Assembly (NCBI GenBank): GCA_034520625.1
Contig: JAXHNI010000008.1
Location: 623,574 to 687,573, forward strand
Source: Gammaproteobacteria bacterium
GTDB taxonomy: Bacteria > Pseudomonadota > Gammaproteobacteria > Arenicellales > JAANXG01
Length of the DNA stretch: 64,000 nt
Direction of reading: 5' to 3'
Below the pieces are notes generated by a model. That model saw only the letters and a program-made list of their open reading frames with translations, was not told the DNA's origin and did not search any database. Below are positions 55,542 to 64,000 of the stretch, one piece after another; the first letter of the stretch is position 1; every line of letters begins with the position of its first letter. The position numbers were made by a program, and so were the translations under genes.

Positions 55542-56879
55542 TCAGCGACTGTCCGAACCCTTCCGGCGCGGGATACCGAGCTTCTGGCGCCGCTCCCACA
55601 GCGTCTTGCGGCTCACGCCCAGGCGACGCGCGAGCTCCGTTTCGGTCATGTGCGGCTCGTGCTGGCGGACGAAATTACAGAAGTAGTCGTCCAGCGAATC
55701 ACTCATGTCGACTTCGGTGCCCGCTTTGGCATCAACCTTCACCGCCAGCAGACCGGGGGTGATGGTTTCACCATCGCACAGGATCACCGCACGCTCGACG
55801 GCATTCTCGAGCTCCCGCACGTTTCCCGGCCAGTGATAACTGCGAATCAAGGCCAGGGTCTGCCGGTCGAACTGAAGCGCCGGCTTGTTGAGCCGCTCGC
55901 AGGAGCGCTTCAGCAGAAAGTCGGCCAGTTTCTCGACGTCATCGCCCCGGGCCCGCAGCGGCGGCAGCTGGATTTCCATCACCCGCAGCCTGAAATACAC
56001 GTCCTCCCGGAACGCCTCAGTGCGGGTCAGATCCTCCAGGTCGCGATTGGTGGCCGCCACGACGCGTACGTTGATTTTCCGGGTGCTGTTGGATCCCACC
56101 CGGCGAACCTCTCCGTCCTGCAGCACCCGCAGCAATCCCGCCTGGGCCGTCAGGGTCAGCTCGGCGATCTCGTCGAGGAACAGCGTGCCGCCGTTTGCGG
56201 CCTCCACCAGCCCTTCACGCAGCGCCACGGCACCGGTGAACGCACCCCGCTCGTGGCCGAACAGCTCCGATTCGATCAGGTCATCGGAGATCGCACCGCA
56301 GTTCACCGCGATGATCGGCCCGTCGCTACGCGGGCTCGCTTCGTGAATCGCGCGTGCCACCAGCTCCTTGCCCGTACCCGACTCACCGAGGATCAGGACG
56401 TTGGTGTGCGTCGGCGCCACCTTGGCGATGCGACCGAAGACGTCGCGCATGACGTTGCTGTCGCCGATCATGCCGGAAACCGGATACTGCCGCCGGAGGT
56501 CGGATTTCAGGGCTTCGTTCTGCCGCTGCAGGCGGCTTTCCTTGATGATGCGATCGACCACCATCATCATTTCCTCGTGGTCGAAGGGCTTGGCGATGTA
56601 GTCCACCGCTCCTTGCCGCATGGATTCCACGGCGGACCTCACGCTGGCGTAGCTGGTCATGATCAGAACCGGGGTGCCGCCGGCCTTGGCGATCACATCC
56701 GTTCCCGGGTCGCCCGGAAGACGCAGGTCCGCGATGATCAGGTCGAACTGGGAGAGTTGATACTGTTCCGCCTCCTGGACGGACCCGGCGGTTTCGACGT
56801 CGAATCCGTGGCGGCCCAACAGGGTCGTCAGCGCCGAGCGGATCACCGCTTCATCGTCGATCACCAGTACGCTGCTCAT
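55542..56879 (-). CDS. sigma54-dependent response regulator (NtrC/CbrB-like enhancer-binding protein)
   Basis: 445 aa. It has a receiver domain (VLVIDDE...[11 protein letters not shown]), an AAA+ core ([15 protein letters not shown], plus the GAFTGA motif as GAFTGAV) and a C-terminal Fis-type HTH ([22 protein letters not shown]). Confidence 0.95.
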   Translation of the reverse strand: MSSVLVIDDEAVIRSALTTLLGRHGFDVETAGSVQEAEQYQLSQFDLIIADLRLPGDPGTDVIAKAGGTPVLIMTSYASVRSAVESMRQGAVDYIAKPFDHEEMMMVVDRIIKESRLQRQNEALKSDLRRQYPVSGMIGDSNVMRDVFGRIAKVAPTHTNVLILGESGTGKELVARAIHEASPRSDGPIIAVNCGAISDDLIESELFGHERGAFTGAVALREGLVEAANGGTLFLDEIAELTLTAQAGLLRVLQDGEVRRVGSNSTRKINVRVVAATNRDLEDLTRTEAFREDVYFRLRVMEIQLPPLRARGDDVEKLADFLLKRSCERLNKPALQFDRQTLALIRSYHWPGNVRELENAVERAVILCDGETITPGLLAVKVDAKAGTEVDMSDSLDDYFCNFVRQHEPHMTETELARRLGVSRKTLWERRQKLGIPRRKGSDSR

Positions 56880-59845
56880 GACCGGGCCGCCGTGGACAGT
56901 CCGGATTCCGCGGAACGGGCCTCCCGAAAACGCATGCGAACCAGCGTGCCGCCGGATTCAGGACTGCTGATGTCTATGTGCCCATCGTGCTCCTTCACGA
57001 TGTTGTAGACCAGCGGCAACCCCAGGCCGGTGCCCTCGCCCGGCTCCTTGGTGGTGAAAAACGGGTCGAAGACCTTCTCGATATTGCCCGGGTCGATGCC
57101 CGATCCGAGATCCTGGACACAGATCTCCACCCATCCCGACCCGCCGCGCGTGAACACGGTAACGGGCTGCTCGTCGCCGGAGGCCTGGCAGGCATTGGTC
57201 AGCAGATTCACGAATACCTGCAGCATCTTCTGCCGAACCCCCAGTACGTAGAGGGCGGAGTCGCAGCGGTTGACGCAATCCGTGCCCCGGCCGGACCGGC
57301 TCAATCTGACCAGCTCGACCGCCTCGCCGACGCATTCGCTGATATTCACCGGCTCTTTGTTCTCCGGCTCCTGGCCGCCGTGGCTGAAACTCACCAGGGA
57401 ACGAACGATGGCGCTGATCCGCCGGGTCTGGTCGAGTATCTGGCCGACGCCACGCCTGACGCCCGGATCGTCGGTTTCATCCCGGAGGTTCTGCGCCAGG
57501 CAGGCAATCCCGGTGACCGGGTTGCCGACTTCGTGGGCAACCCCGGCCGCGAGGCGTCCCAGGGACGCGAGCCGGTCCGCGTGGGCCAGCTCCGCCTCAA
57601 GCTTGTGTTTTTCCGTGGTGTCCTCCACCAGCAGAACGGTACCGGTTGACTCCCGGACCCGTTCGGCCATCGCCACCCCCGGCACCCGACCAAGGTACGC
57701 TTTGTGCAGGTTCAACCACCGGGATTCCCCGTCCACCACGGCGTGGATCTTGGTCAGCGCCGTGGCCTCCCCCTCCAGGAACCCGTCCAGCAGATCGCAC
57801 CAGGGCTCGGGCAGCCTGCCGAGCCGGCGGCCCACGGCGTCAACCGGCGCGACGCCCGACAACGTCGACATGGCATGATTCCAGATGACGATTTCGCCCC
57901 CGGGACCCACCGAGCAGACCCCGGAGGGCAGCTTCTCCAGGACCTGGCGGTGGTAGCGCCGCAGGGAATCCAGTTCTCCCAGCAGTCCCCGCATCCGCAT
58001 CTGCGAAGTCTCCAGCCGCTCCTCGATGATCCGTATGCTGTCCGCGAACAGATTCTGGGTCTTCGAATCCATGCGAAGCTGTTGATTCACAACGCTCCGG
58101 GCCAGTTCCGGGCCGAGCAGTCCCGACAGGTTGCGTTCGATACGGTCACGCAGGCGGTGCAGGTTGGAAGGGTTGGTCTCGTCCGCCGGCAGCCCCAGGT
58201 CCTTGAGCGCCAGCTGCACTTCCTTGTGGGCCATATCATCGCCGATCAGTCGTGCCAGCTGCTCGGTGAACTCGTCGGTGGTACCGACCTCCAGCACGCC
58301 GCCCCGGGGCAGAATGGTCTCGTTGACGCATGCGCTCGCGGCGTCCGCCTCGTCGGGGGACTGCCGCGTCACCAGCGAAACCAGCACGAACAATCCGGCG
58401 TTGACCGTCAACGACCAGAAGGTCACGAAGGTCCACTTGTCCATTCCCGTGTATTCGAGCCAGGGCTGCAGCGAAATCCCTGCATTGGCGGGCGCCCCGG
58501 CATCGATCAGGGGGACAAACAACATGACGAACCAGAGCAGTGCACCGCCGGCGAGCCCGGCCAGGAAGCCGTTGCGGTTTGCGTTGTCCCAGTACAGCAC
58601 GCCGACGACCCCGGGCAGGAACTGGGCGACCGCCACAAAGGAAATGAGCCCCAGCTCCACGAGTCTCTGGTTGTGCTCCAGGGCGACATAAAACCCGTAG
58701 CCCGCCAGCACGATCACCGCGATCACAACCCGCCGGCCCCACAACAGCCAGCGATACAGGTTCAATGTGGGATCCGGAATGCTCGCGGGCAGCACGAGAT
58801 GATTCAGTGCCATGGCCGACAACGCCACGGTGGTGACGATCATCATGGCACTGGCCGCGGACACGCCGCCGAGGAGGGCGAACACGGTGAGGAGCTGGGA
58901 ACCGCTGCCCAGCGTGATCCCCAGCACGTAGTAGTCCGCATCGGCGCCCGCCGACAGGCTCTGACCGGCCCAGAGGATGAAAGGTATGGGCAGATTCAGC
59001 AGCAGCAGGAACAACGGGAACCCCCAGGCGGCAACCCGGAGGCTTCCTGGATCGATATTCTCGGTGAAAGCCATGTGGAACTGGCGCGGCAGCAGGAAGG
59101 CCGCACCGAAAGCCAGGAACAGCAGCGTAGTCCACGAGCCTTCCCGGATCGGCTGATAGAGTGATTCCAGCGCCCCGGGATTGTCCTGCAGCCATCGTTC
59201 AACACCGCTGAAGCCCCCGAGTACCCCGAACACGGCAAACAGCCCTACCGTCATCAGCGCAACGAGCTTGACCAGCGACTCGAAGGCAATCGCCACTACC
59301 AGCCCCTCGTGCTTTTCCCGGGGCGTGACGTGCCGGGCCCCGAAAAGTATCGCGAACAGTATCAACACCACGCAGAATCCGAATGCCAGAGCCTTGGGCG
59401 CCGCTTCCTGGGTCAAGACGTGAATGGACTCCGTGACAGCCCTGATCTGCAGGGCGATGTAGGGCAGCGTGCCGGCGAGCATGAACAGGGTCACCATGAT
59501 TCCCGCCGCTTGGCTGCGAAACCGGAATGCGAACAAATCTGCGAGAGACGTGAGCTGGTATTCGCGAATCAGACGCAGCAGCGGTTCCATCAGCACCGGC
59601 GTCAGTGCGAAAGCAATGGTCACGCCGAGATAGATGGTCAGGAAGGTGTAGCCCTGGCTGGCGGCGAAACCGACGCTGCCGTAATAGGTCCAGGTGGTGG
59701 CATACACGCCCAGCGACAGGACGTAGGTAAGGGGGTGGCGTGCCAGGCCCGCGGGTAGCTTGCCGTGCTCCGTCGCGTAGGCGATGAGAAAAAGCAGGCA
59801 CAAATAAAGAAATATTGCCGAGAAAAGGGCCGTCAGGCTAAACAT
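56876..59845 (-). CDS. sensor histidine kinase with an N-terminal SSS/SLC5 transporter-like domain (CbrA/CrbS-like architecture)
   Basis: 989 aa. About 13 TM segments resemble a sodium:solute symporter, followed by a PAS-like region, the HisKA H-box ([12 protein letters not shown]) and HATPase_c (N box NLLTNACQA; G boxes DLGSGI and GTGLGL). It forms an ATGA overlap with the response regulator gene. Confidence 0.9.
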   Translation of the reverse strand: MFSLTALFSAIFLYLCLLFLIAYATEHGKLPAGLARHPLTYVLSLGVYATTWTYYGSVGFAASQGYTFLTIYLGVTIAFALTPVLMEPLLRLIREYQLTSLADLFAFRFRSQAAGIMVTLFMLAGTLPYIALQIRAVTESIHVLTQEAAPKALAFGFCVVLILFAILFGARHVTPREKHEGLVVAIAFESLVKLVALMTVGLFAVFGVLGGFSGVERWLQDNPGALESLYQPIREGSWTTLLFLAFGAAFLLPRQFHMAFTENIDPGSLRVAAWGFPLFLLLLNLPIPFILWAGQSLSAGADADYYVLGITLGSGSQLLTVFALLGGVSAASAMMIVTTVALSAMALNHLVLPASIPDPTLNLYRWLLWGRRVVIAVIVLAGYGFYVALEHNQRLVELGLISFVAVAQFLPGVVGVLYWDNANRNGFLAGLAGGALLWFVMLFVPLIDAGAPANAGISLQPWLEYTGMDKWTFVTFWSLTVNAGLFVLVSLVTRQSPDEADAASACVNETILPRGGVLEVGTTDEFTEQLARLIGDDMAHKEVQLALKDLGLPADETNPSNLHRLRDRIERNLSGLLGPELARSVVNQQLRMDSKTQNLFADSIRIIEERLETSQMRMRGLLGELDSLRRYHRQVLEKLPSGVCSVGPGGEIVIWNHAMSTLSGVAPVDAVGRRLGRLPEPWCDLLDGFLEGEATALTKIHAVVDGESRWLNLHKAYLGRVPGVAMAERVRESTGTVLLVEDTTEKHKLEAELAHADRLASLGRLAAGVAHEVGNPVTGIACLAQNLRDETDDPGVRRGVGQILDQTRRISAIVRSLVSFSHGGQEPENKEPVNISECVGEAVELVRLSRSGRGTDCVNRCDSALYVLGVRQKMLQVFVNLLTNACQASGDEQPVTVFTRGGSGWVEICVQDLGSGIDPGNIEKVFDPFFTTKEPGEGTGLGLPLVYNIVKEHDGHIDISSPESGGTLVRMRFREARSAESGLSTAARS

Positions 59846-60029
59846 CTTTGCGCCGGCGGCCGATCAGTGCCGCGCCCGCGATCACGGCGGCCCAGAGGAC
59901 ATAGGGGGTATACCATGGACTATTGTCCTGCGCCCATGCGAACATAACGGGCGAAGCGAACAGTACCAGGGCGACGAGCACCAGCAGCACAGTCCGCTCG
60001 ATTGTTTTATCGGGTGCCCTGTGGTCCAT
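59838..60029 (-). CDS. 63-aa two-TM membrane protein overlapping the sensor kinase start
   Basis: [63 protein letters not shown]. Its stop overlaps the kinase ATG (AAAGATGTTTAG). Its own RBS is weak. Confidence 0.5.
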   Translation of the reverse strand: MDHRAPDKTIERTVLLVLVALVLFASPVMFAWAQDNSPWYTPYVLWAAVIAGAALIGRRRKDV

Positions 60030-60246
60030 TGCATCAGAGTAGCAAAACCCGTTTCGAAACGTAACAGAATAATGGGCGCCCGTTGTCGATACATATGGCG
60101 TGCCCCGGTCAAGCTACAGTGCATGCGAGCCTGCGGCCTGGTTGAAAAGAAGGCGACCACCCCCTCCTGCCGGAAACGGTGGACGGTCCGGGATGCCTTC
60201 ATCCCGTTCAATTGAATCGGTTCTGGAGCTCCTTCGGACAACAACA

Positions 60247-60738
60247 ATGCGATACATCATCTCCCTGCTTCTGGTTCTTGCGGCGCTGTGGCTGGCGATC
60301 TCCGGCGTCTACAAGCCACCGATTCTGATCCTCGGCGCGGCGTCGGTCGCCCTGGTTGCATGGCTGAGTCTGCGGATGCATGTAGTCGGAGCCGAGCACA
60401 ACCCGGTTCTGTTTTCCTGGCGCCTGCCCCTGTACTGGGGATGGCTGGTGTGGCAGATCGTGTTGGCCAACCTGCACGTGGCGCGGCGGGTATTGAACCC
60501 GGACGGGCTGCAGCCCGCCGTCATACGGGTACCGGCGACACAGCGGACAGCCGTGGGGCGGGTAACCTATGCCAACTCGGTCACCCTGACCCCGGGAACG
60601 GTCTCCCTCGAACTGACTCCCGACACGCTGACGGTGCACGCCCTGGATGCCCATTCTGCGAACGGCCTGCGTGAAGGCGCACTGGCGCGGCGCATCAACT
60701 GGCTCGAGGGCGCGACGCACCGGGAGAAACGCTCATGA
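60247..60738 (+). CDS. mrpE: Na+/H+ antiporter (Mrp/Mnh/Pha) subunit E
   Basis: Track ORF trimmed to MRYIISLLLVLAALWLAISG at 60247. ANSVTLTPGTVSLEL is the MnhE signature block. Confidence 0.85.
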   Translation: MRYIISLLLVLAALWLAISGVYKPPILILGAASVALVAWLSLRMHVVGAEHNPVLFSWRLPLYWGWLVWQIVLANLHVARRVLNPDGLQPAVIRVPATQRTAVGRVTYANSVTLTPGTVSLELTPDTLTVHALDAHSANGLREGALARRINWLEGATHREKRS

Positions 60739-61028
60739 CGACAGTGCTGGTAATCACGGTCATGGCCGTGTTCGCCACCATGGCGATGGCCCTGGTCCGG
60801 GCGCTCAAGGGGCCGACAGTCTACGACCGAATCGTATCGGTCAACGTCTTCGGCACCAAGACGGTGCTGGTGGTGGCCCTGGTCACTTACATAACCGGCC
60901 ACGCCGATCTCATCGACGTCGCGCTGGTCTATGCCCTGATCAACTTCATCGCCGTGGTCACCGTGCTCAAGCTGGTGAAGATGCACGATCTGGCCGGAGC
61001 CGGACCCGGGGACATCACCGATGGCTGA
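60735..61028 (+). CDS. mrpF: monovalent cation/H+ antiporter subunit F
   Basis: 97 aa, 3 TM segments. LKGPTVYDRIVSVNVFGTKTV is MnhF-like. It overlaps mrpE by 4 nt. Confidence 0.85.
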   Translation: MTTVLVITVMAVFATMAMALVRALKGPTVYDRIVSVNVFGTKTVLVVALVTYITGHADLIDVALVYALINFIAVVTVLKLVKMHDLAGAGPGDITDG

Positions 61029-61374
61029 GGGGCTGCTCCAACTTTTTTCCTGGCTCTGCCTGCTGGCGGGCGGAGCGGTGGGCATTCTGGGGGGACTGGG
61101 GCTGCTCCGGTTTCCGGACTTCTATACGCGGCTGCATGCCGCGGGCATGACCGATACTCTGTGCGCGCTGCTGATCGTCACGGGCCTGGTGGTGCAGTCC
61201 GGGTTGAGCCTGTTGACGGTCAAGCTGCTGCTCATACTACTGTTCCTGCTGTTCACCGCTCCCACCGCAACCCATGCCCTGGCGCGGGCGGCCATGGTCG
61301 ACAAGGTCGAACCCAGGCGGTCCGGCGGCGGCGATGGTGACCCGGCCGGCGAGGACGCGTCATCGAATACCTGA
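61021..61374 (+). CDS. mrpG: monovalent cation/H+ antiporter subunit G
   Basis: 117 aa. GLLRFPDFYTRLHAAGMTDTL and APTATHALARAA are MnhG signature blocks. Confidence 0.85.
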   Translation: MAEGLLQLFSWLCLLAGGAVGILGGLGLLRFPDFYTRLHAAGMTDTLCALLIVTGLVVQSGLSLLTVKLLLILLFLLFTAPTATHALARAAMVDKVEPRRSGGGDGDPAGEDASSNT

Positions 61375-61391
61375 TCGACATCGGCCTGCTG

Positions 61392-61922
61392 GTGTTCCTG
61401 GTGATCGTCGCCGTCGCCATCGTGCGGGTGCGCGACCTGTTCGCCTCCGCGATGCTGTTCGCCATCTACTCGCTGCTTTCGGCGGGCCTGTTCACCGTGC
61501 TGGACGCCGGGGACGTGGCCTTGACCGAGGCCGCCGTGGGCGCCGGCATCAGCACCATCCTGATTCTGGCGGTGCTGACCCTGACCCGGCGCCATGAGCA
61601 CCCGCTGCAGAGCCACAACTCGCTGGCGCTGGCGGTGGTCCTGGTCACCGGCGCCGCGCTGATCTACGCGAGCCTGGACCTGCCTGAGTTCGGCGCCCCG
61701 GACAATCCGGCCCATATGCATGTCGCGCCTTACTACATCGAGCAGAGCTACCCCGACATGGGCGTGCCCAACATGGTGGCGGCCGTCCTGGCGAGCTACC
61801 GCTCCATCGACACCCTGGGCGAGGCCTTCGTGATCCTGACCGCCGGTCTGGGGGTCTACGCGCTGTTGTCGGTCAAGCCGCGGCGGCGCAGGCGCCGGCA
61901 TGACGAGGAGGACCAGTCGTGA
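61392..61922 (+). CDS. MnhB-related membrane protein (DUF4040-like; equivalent to the MrpA C-terminal or MrpB N-terminal module)
   Basis: 176 aa. AVGAGISTILILAVL and VAAVLASYRSIDTLGEAFVILTAG are typical of the DUF4040/MnhB-related family. The start is uncertain: GTG at 61392, or possibly further upstream. Confidence 0.75.
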   Translation: MFLVIVAVAIVRVRDLFASAMLFAIYSLLSAGLFTVLDAGDVALTEAAVGAGISTILILAVLTLTRRHEHPLQSHNSLALAVVLVTGAALIYASLDLPEFGAPDNPAHMHVAPYYIEQSYPDMGVPNMVAAVLASYRSIDTLGEAFVILTAGLGVYALLSVKPRRRRRRHDEEDQS

Positions 61923-62368
61923 GAGAGAACGGCATCCTGCGCGTCGTCGCGCGCTTCCTGATCCCCCTGATCCTGCTCTTCGGGCTGTACATCCAGTTCC
62001 ACGGCGAATACTCGCCCGGCGGCGGCTTCCAGGCCGGCGTGATGTTCGCCGCCGGCTGGATCCTGTTCGCACTGATTTACGGGCTCGACGCGGCGCTGAA
62101 GGTGGTACCGGAACGCGCCATGTACGTGCTCATGGTGCTCGGCGTGCTGCTCTACTGCACGGTCGGGCTCCTGGGCGTGATCCTGGGCGGCCGCTTCCTC
62201 GATTTCTACCCGCTCCTGCCCGGCACCCATGCCGCGCAGCAAACGGGCATCGTGACCGTGGAATTCGGCGTCGGGGTCACCGTGGCCACCGTGGTCATGC
62301 TGTTCTTCACCATGTTCGCGCGCCGCCGGCGCGAGTGGGACGATGCGCCGCCGGAGGACACGGACTGA
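61919..62368 (+). CDS. mrpB: Na+/H+ antiporter subunit B
   Basis: 149 aa. LILLFGLYIQFHGEYSPGGGFQAGVMFAAGWIL is the MnhB core motif. Confidence 0.85.
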   Translation: MRENGILRVVARFLIPLILLFGLYIQFHGEYSPGGGFQAGVMFAAGWILFALIYGLDAALKVVPERAMYVLMVLGVLLYCTVGLLGVILGGRFLDFYPLLPGTHAAQQTGIVTVEFGVGVTVATVVMLFFTMFARRRREWDDAPPEDTD

Positions 62369-62733
62369 TGGAGCTGCTGGGTTATTTCAACTACTGGGTG
62401 GTGGTCGTGCTGATGATGATCGGCTTCTATGCCGTGATCGCGCGCGGCAACATGGTCAAGAAGATCATGGGACTGAACCTGTTCCAGACCTCCGTGTTCA
62501 TCCTGTTCATCTCCGCGGGGAAAATCATCGGGGGCTCCACCCCGATCCTGCGGGACGGAGTCGAAGTGTATTCCAATCCGCTCCCCCACGTGCTCATCCT
62601 CACCGCCATCGTCGTCGGCGTGGCCACCACTGCGGTGGGCCTTGCCCTGGTGGTGCGCATCAACGAGGAGTACGGCTCCGTCCACGACGATCATATCAGC
62701 CACGAGGAAACCCTGGAGGCAGCCGAGCGCTGA
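62368..62733 (+). CDS. mrpC: cation:proton antiporter subunit C (NuoK-like)
   Basis: Starts at the ATG at 62368 (MELLGYFNYWVVVVLMMIGFYAVI...), within an artefactually extended track ORF. KKIMGLNLFQTSVFILFIS is MnhC-like. Confidence 0.9.
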   Translation: MELLGYFNYWVVVVLMMIGFYAVIARGNMVKKIMGLNLFQTSVFILFISAGKIIGGSTPILRDGVEVYSNPLPHVLILTAIVVGVATTAVGLALVVRINEEYGSVHDDHISHEETLEAAER

Positions 62734-64000
62734 TGGCCATTGCCGAGTTGATGCCCTTCTGCGTGCTGGTGCCGCTGATCGCTGCCCCGGTATGCGCGCT
62801 GCTGCCGGGCCGCGTCTGGCCCTGGGCCCTGGCCCTCGCCGCGGCCGCCGCCAGTGCCGCCATCGCCGCCCTGACACTCCCGGCGGCCATGGGCGCTCCC
62901 CTGTCCTATGCCTTCGGCAACTGGCCGCCTCCGATCGGCATCGAGTACCGCGTCGACGCCGCGAATGCTTTCGTCGCTCTACTGGTGGCCGGCATGGCGG
63001 TGGTGACGCTGCCCTGGGCGAAGACCAGCGTGGACGCCGAGGTTCCCGAGCGCCAGGGCACTTTTTACGCCCTGTTCCTGCTGGCCTTCGCCGGGCTCAT
63101 GGGCATCACCCTGACCGGCGACGCCTTCAACGTCTTCGTATTCCTCGAGATCTCGTCGCTGGCCACTTATGCCCTCATCGCCCACGGCCCGGACCGGCGC
63201 GCCCTGCTGGCCGCTTTCCGGTACCTCATTATGGGTACGGTTGGCGCGACGTTCCTGCTCATCGGCATCGGTTTTCTCTACATGATGACCGGCACTCTCA
63301 ACATGGCCGACCTGGCAGAACGCCTGCCGGCCGTACGCGAGACCAACACCGTGCGCGCCGCCCTCGCGTTCATCATCGTGGGAATGGGCCTGAAGCTCGC
63401 CCTGCTGCCGCTGCACCTGTGGCTGCCCAATGCCTATACCTACGCGCCGAACTTCATCACCGTGTTCGTGGCCGGCACTGCCACCAAAGTCGCCCTGTAC
63501 GTCATGCTGCGCTTCGTATTCACGGTGTTCGCGCCGGACTACAGCTTCGCGGTGCTGCCGCTGGCGCTGGTGCTGATGGTGCTGGCAATCGCCGGCATGT
63601 TCGCCGGCTCCTGGGTGGCCATGTTCCAGGCCAATCTCAAGCGCATGCTGGCCTACTCCTCCGTCGCCCAGGTCGGCTACATGGTGCTGGGCATCTCGCT
63701 GGTGAGCGTTACCGGCATCACCGCCGCCTTCCTTCACCTTTTCAACCACGCCCTGATGAAGGGCGCCCTGTTCATGGCGCTGGGCACCATGATCTACCGG
63801 GTCGGCTCCGCCCGCATCGAGGCCGTTCGCGGCCTGGGCCGCGTCATGCCGTGGACGCTGACCGCCTTCGCCCTGGCGGGCCTGTCCATCATCGGGGTGC
63901 CCACCACCGCCGGATTCATCAGCAAGTGGTACCTGATACTCGCCGCCATGGAGGCCGGCCACTGGTGGCTGGTCATGCTGATCGTCATTACGTCCCTGAT
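62733..64000 (+). CDS. mrpD: proton-conducting antiporter subunit D (NuoN/NuoM-like); 3' end runs off the window
   Basis: My own translation from the ATG at 62733 is MAIAELMPFCVLVPLIAAP... It continues with LHLWLPNAYTYAP, KRMLAYSSVAQVGYM and HALMKGALFMALG, which are MrpD/NuoN family blocks. There is no stop before the window end. Confidence 0.9.
   Translation, partial: MAIAELMPFCVLVPLIAAPVCALLPGRVWPWALALAAAAASAAIAALTLPAAMGAPLSYAFGNWPPPIGIEYRVDAANAFVALLVAGMAVVTLPWAKTSVDAEVPERQGTFYALFLLAFAGLMGITLTGDAFNVFVFLEISSLATYALIAHGPDRRALLAAFRYLIMGTVGATFLLIGIGFLYMMTGTLNMADLAERLPAVRETNTVRAALAFIIVGMGLKLALLPLHLWLPNAYTYAPNFITVFVAGTATKVALYVMLRFVFTVFAPDYSFAVLPLALVLMVLAIAGMFAGSWVAMFQANLKRMLAYSSVAQVGYMVLGISLVSVTGITAAFLHLFNHALMKGALFMALGTMIYRVGSARIEAVRGLGRVMPWTLTAFALAGLSIIGVPTTAGFISKWYLILAAMEAGHWWLVMLIVITSL

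Noticed and set aside
60050-60066. The 12-bp perfect palindrome CGTTTCGAAACG followed by GTAACAG, between the small-ORF/kinase operon and the mrp operon. It could be an autoregulatory site related to the GTAAC motifs at 55478-55513.
   Set aside because: Only one GTAAC half-site is present, with no partner at a sensible spacing. The palindrome is short. I note it for anyone testing the regulator's binding sites but do not call it.
1-64000. Mobile elements, prophage genes, toxin-antitoxin pairs and known anti-phage defence systems.
   Set aside because: I recognised no integrase, transposase, recombinase, phage structural protein, or nuclease/ATPase defence signature in any frame. The only hints of horizontal acquisition are the A/T-richer codon usage of the 40.7-43.0 kb cassette and the damaged polB next to it.

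Overview
GC-rich bacterial chromosomal segment. Gene content and REP-type repeats look gammaproteobacterial, and many acidic proteins hint at a halophile, but the taxon is only a guess. I call about 57 protein-coding genes and one decayed gene (polB). I recognised no rRNA, tRNA, CRISPR array, transposase or integrase. The ORF track shows alternative start codons as M, and it contains many long Arg/Gly/Pro-rich ORFs that I treat as antisense or out-of-frame GC artefacts.

Gene order, left to right:
- panC (partial), a deoxynucleoside kinase, yciB and a YciI-family gene.
- Two small secreted or coiled-coil hypotheticals, an orphan MOP-type flippase and a Crp/Fnr regulator.
- A PotBCDA-like ABC importer fused in one transcription direction to a class-III aminotransferase, a BKACE (beta-keto acid cleavage) enzyme and an acetylpolyamine-amidohydrolase-like deacetylase.
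- A LysR regulator and a TraB-family protein.
- An ECF sigma/anti-sigma-centred envelope cluster.
- acnA, prpE, a class-V aminotransferase, gcdH, a 1185-aa AsmA-like protein and a GcvR-like protein.
- A SagB-like dehydrogenase, a nucleotidyltransferase, a PqqD-family protein and an HPr-kinase-like protein, abutting a decayed polB.
- An amidohydrolase, an MBL hydrolase, YqaA, a C26 amidotransferase plus amidoligase pair, and acs.
- A sigma54-driven sodium:solute symporter operon with its CbrAB-like two-component system.
- An mrpEFG-B'-BCD antiporter operon that runs off the right edge.

Most interesting observations:
1. The ECF cluster (16134-27818) encodes an outer-membrane barrel, a 577-aa secreted protein, two tandem CARDB-domain paralogs and an S8-like protein lacking the Asp/His motifs. 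Three of its transcription units carry the same TGAACC-N15-ACGAC motif.
2. The RiPP-like 'HPr-rel-A' cassette has no visible precursor gene.
3. polB has an in-frame N-terminal deletion that removes Exo I, plus a 1-nt frameshift.
4. The transporter-aminotransferase-BKACE-deacetylase island matches, step for step, the biochemically described N6-acetyl-beta-lysine route. That link is hypothesis only.
5. A perfect sigma54 promoter with upstream dyads sits next to the SSS-domain sensor kinase and enhancer-binding-protein pair.
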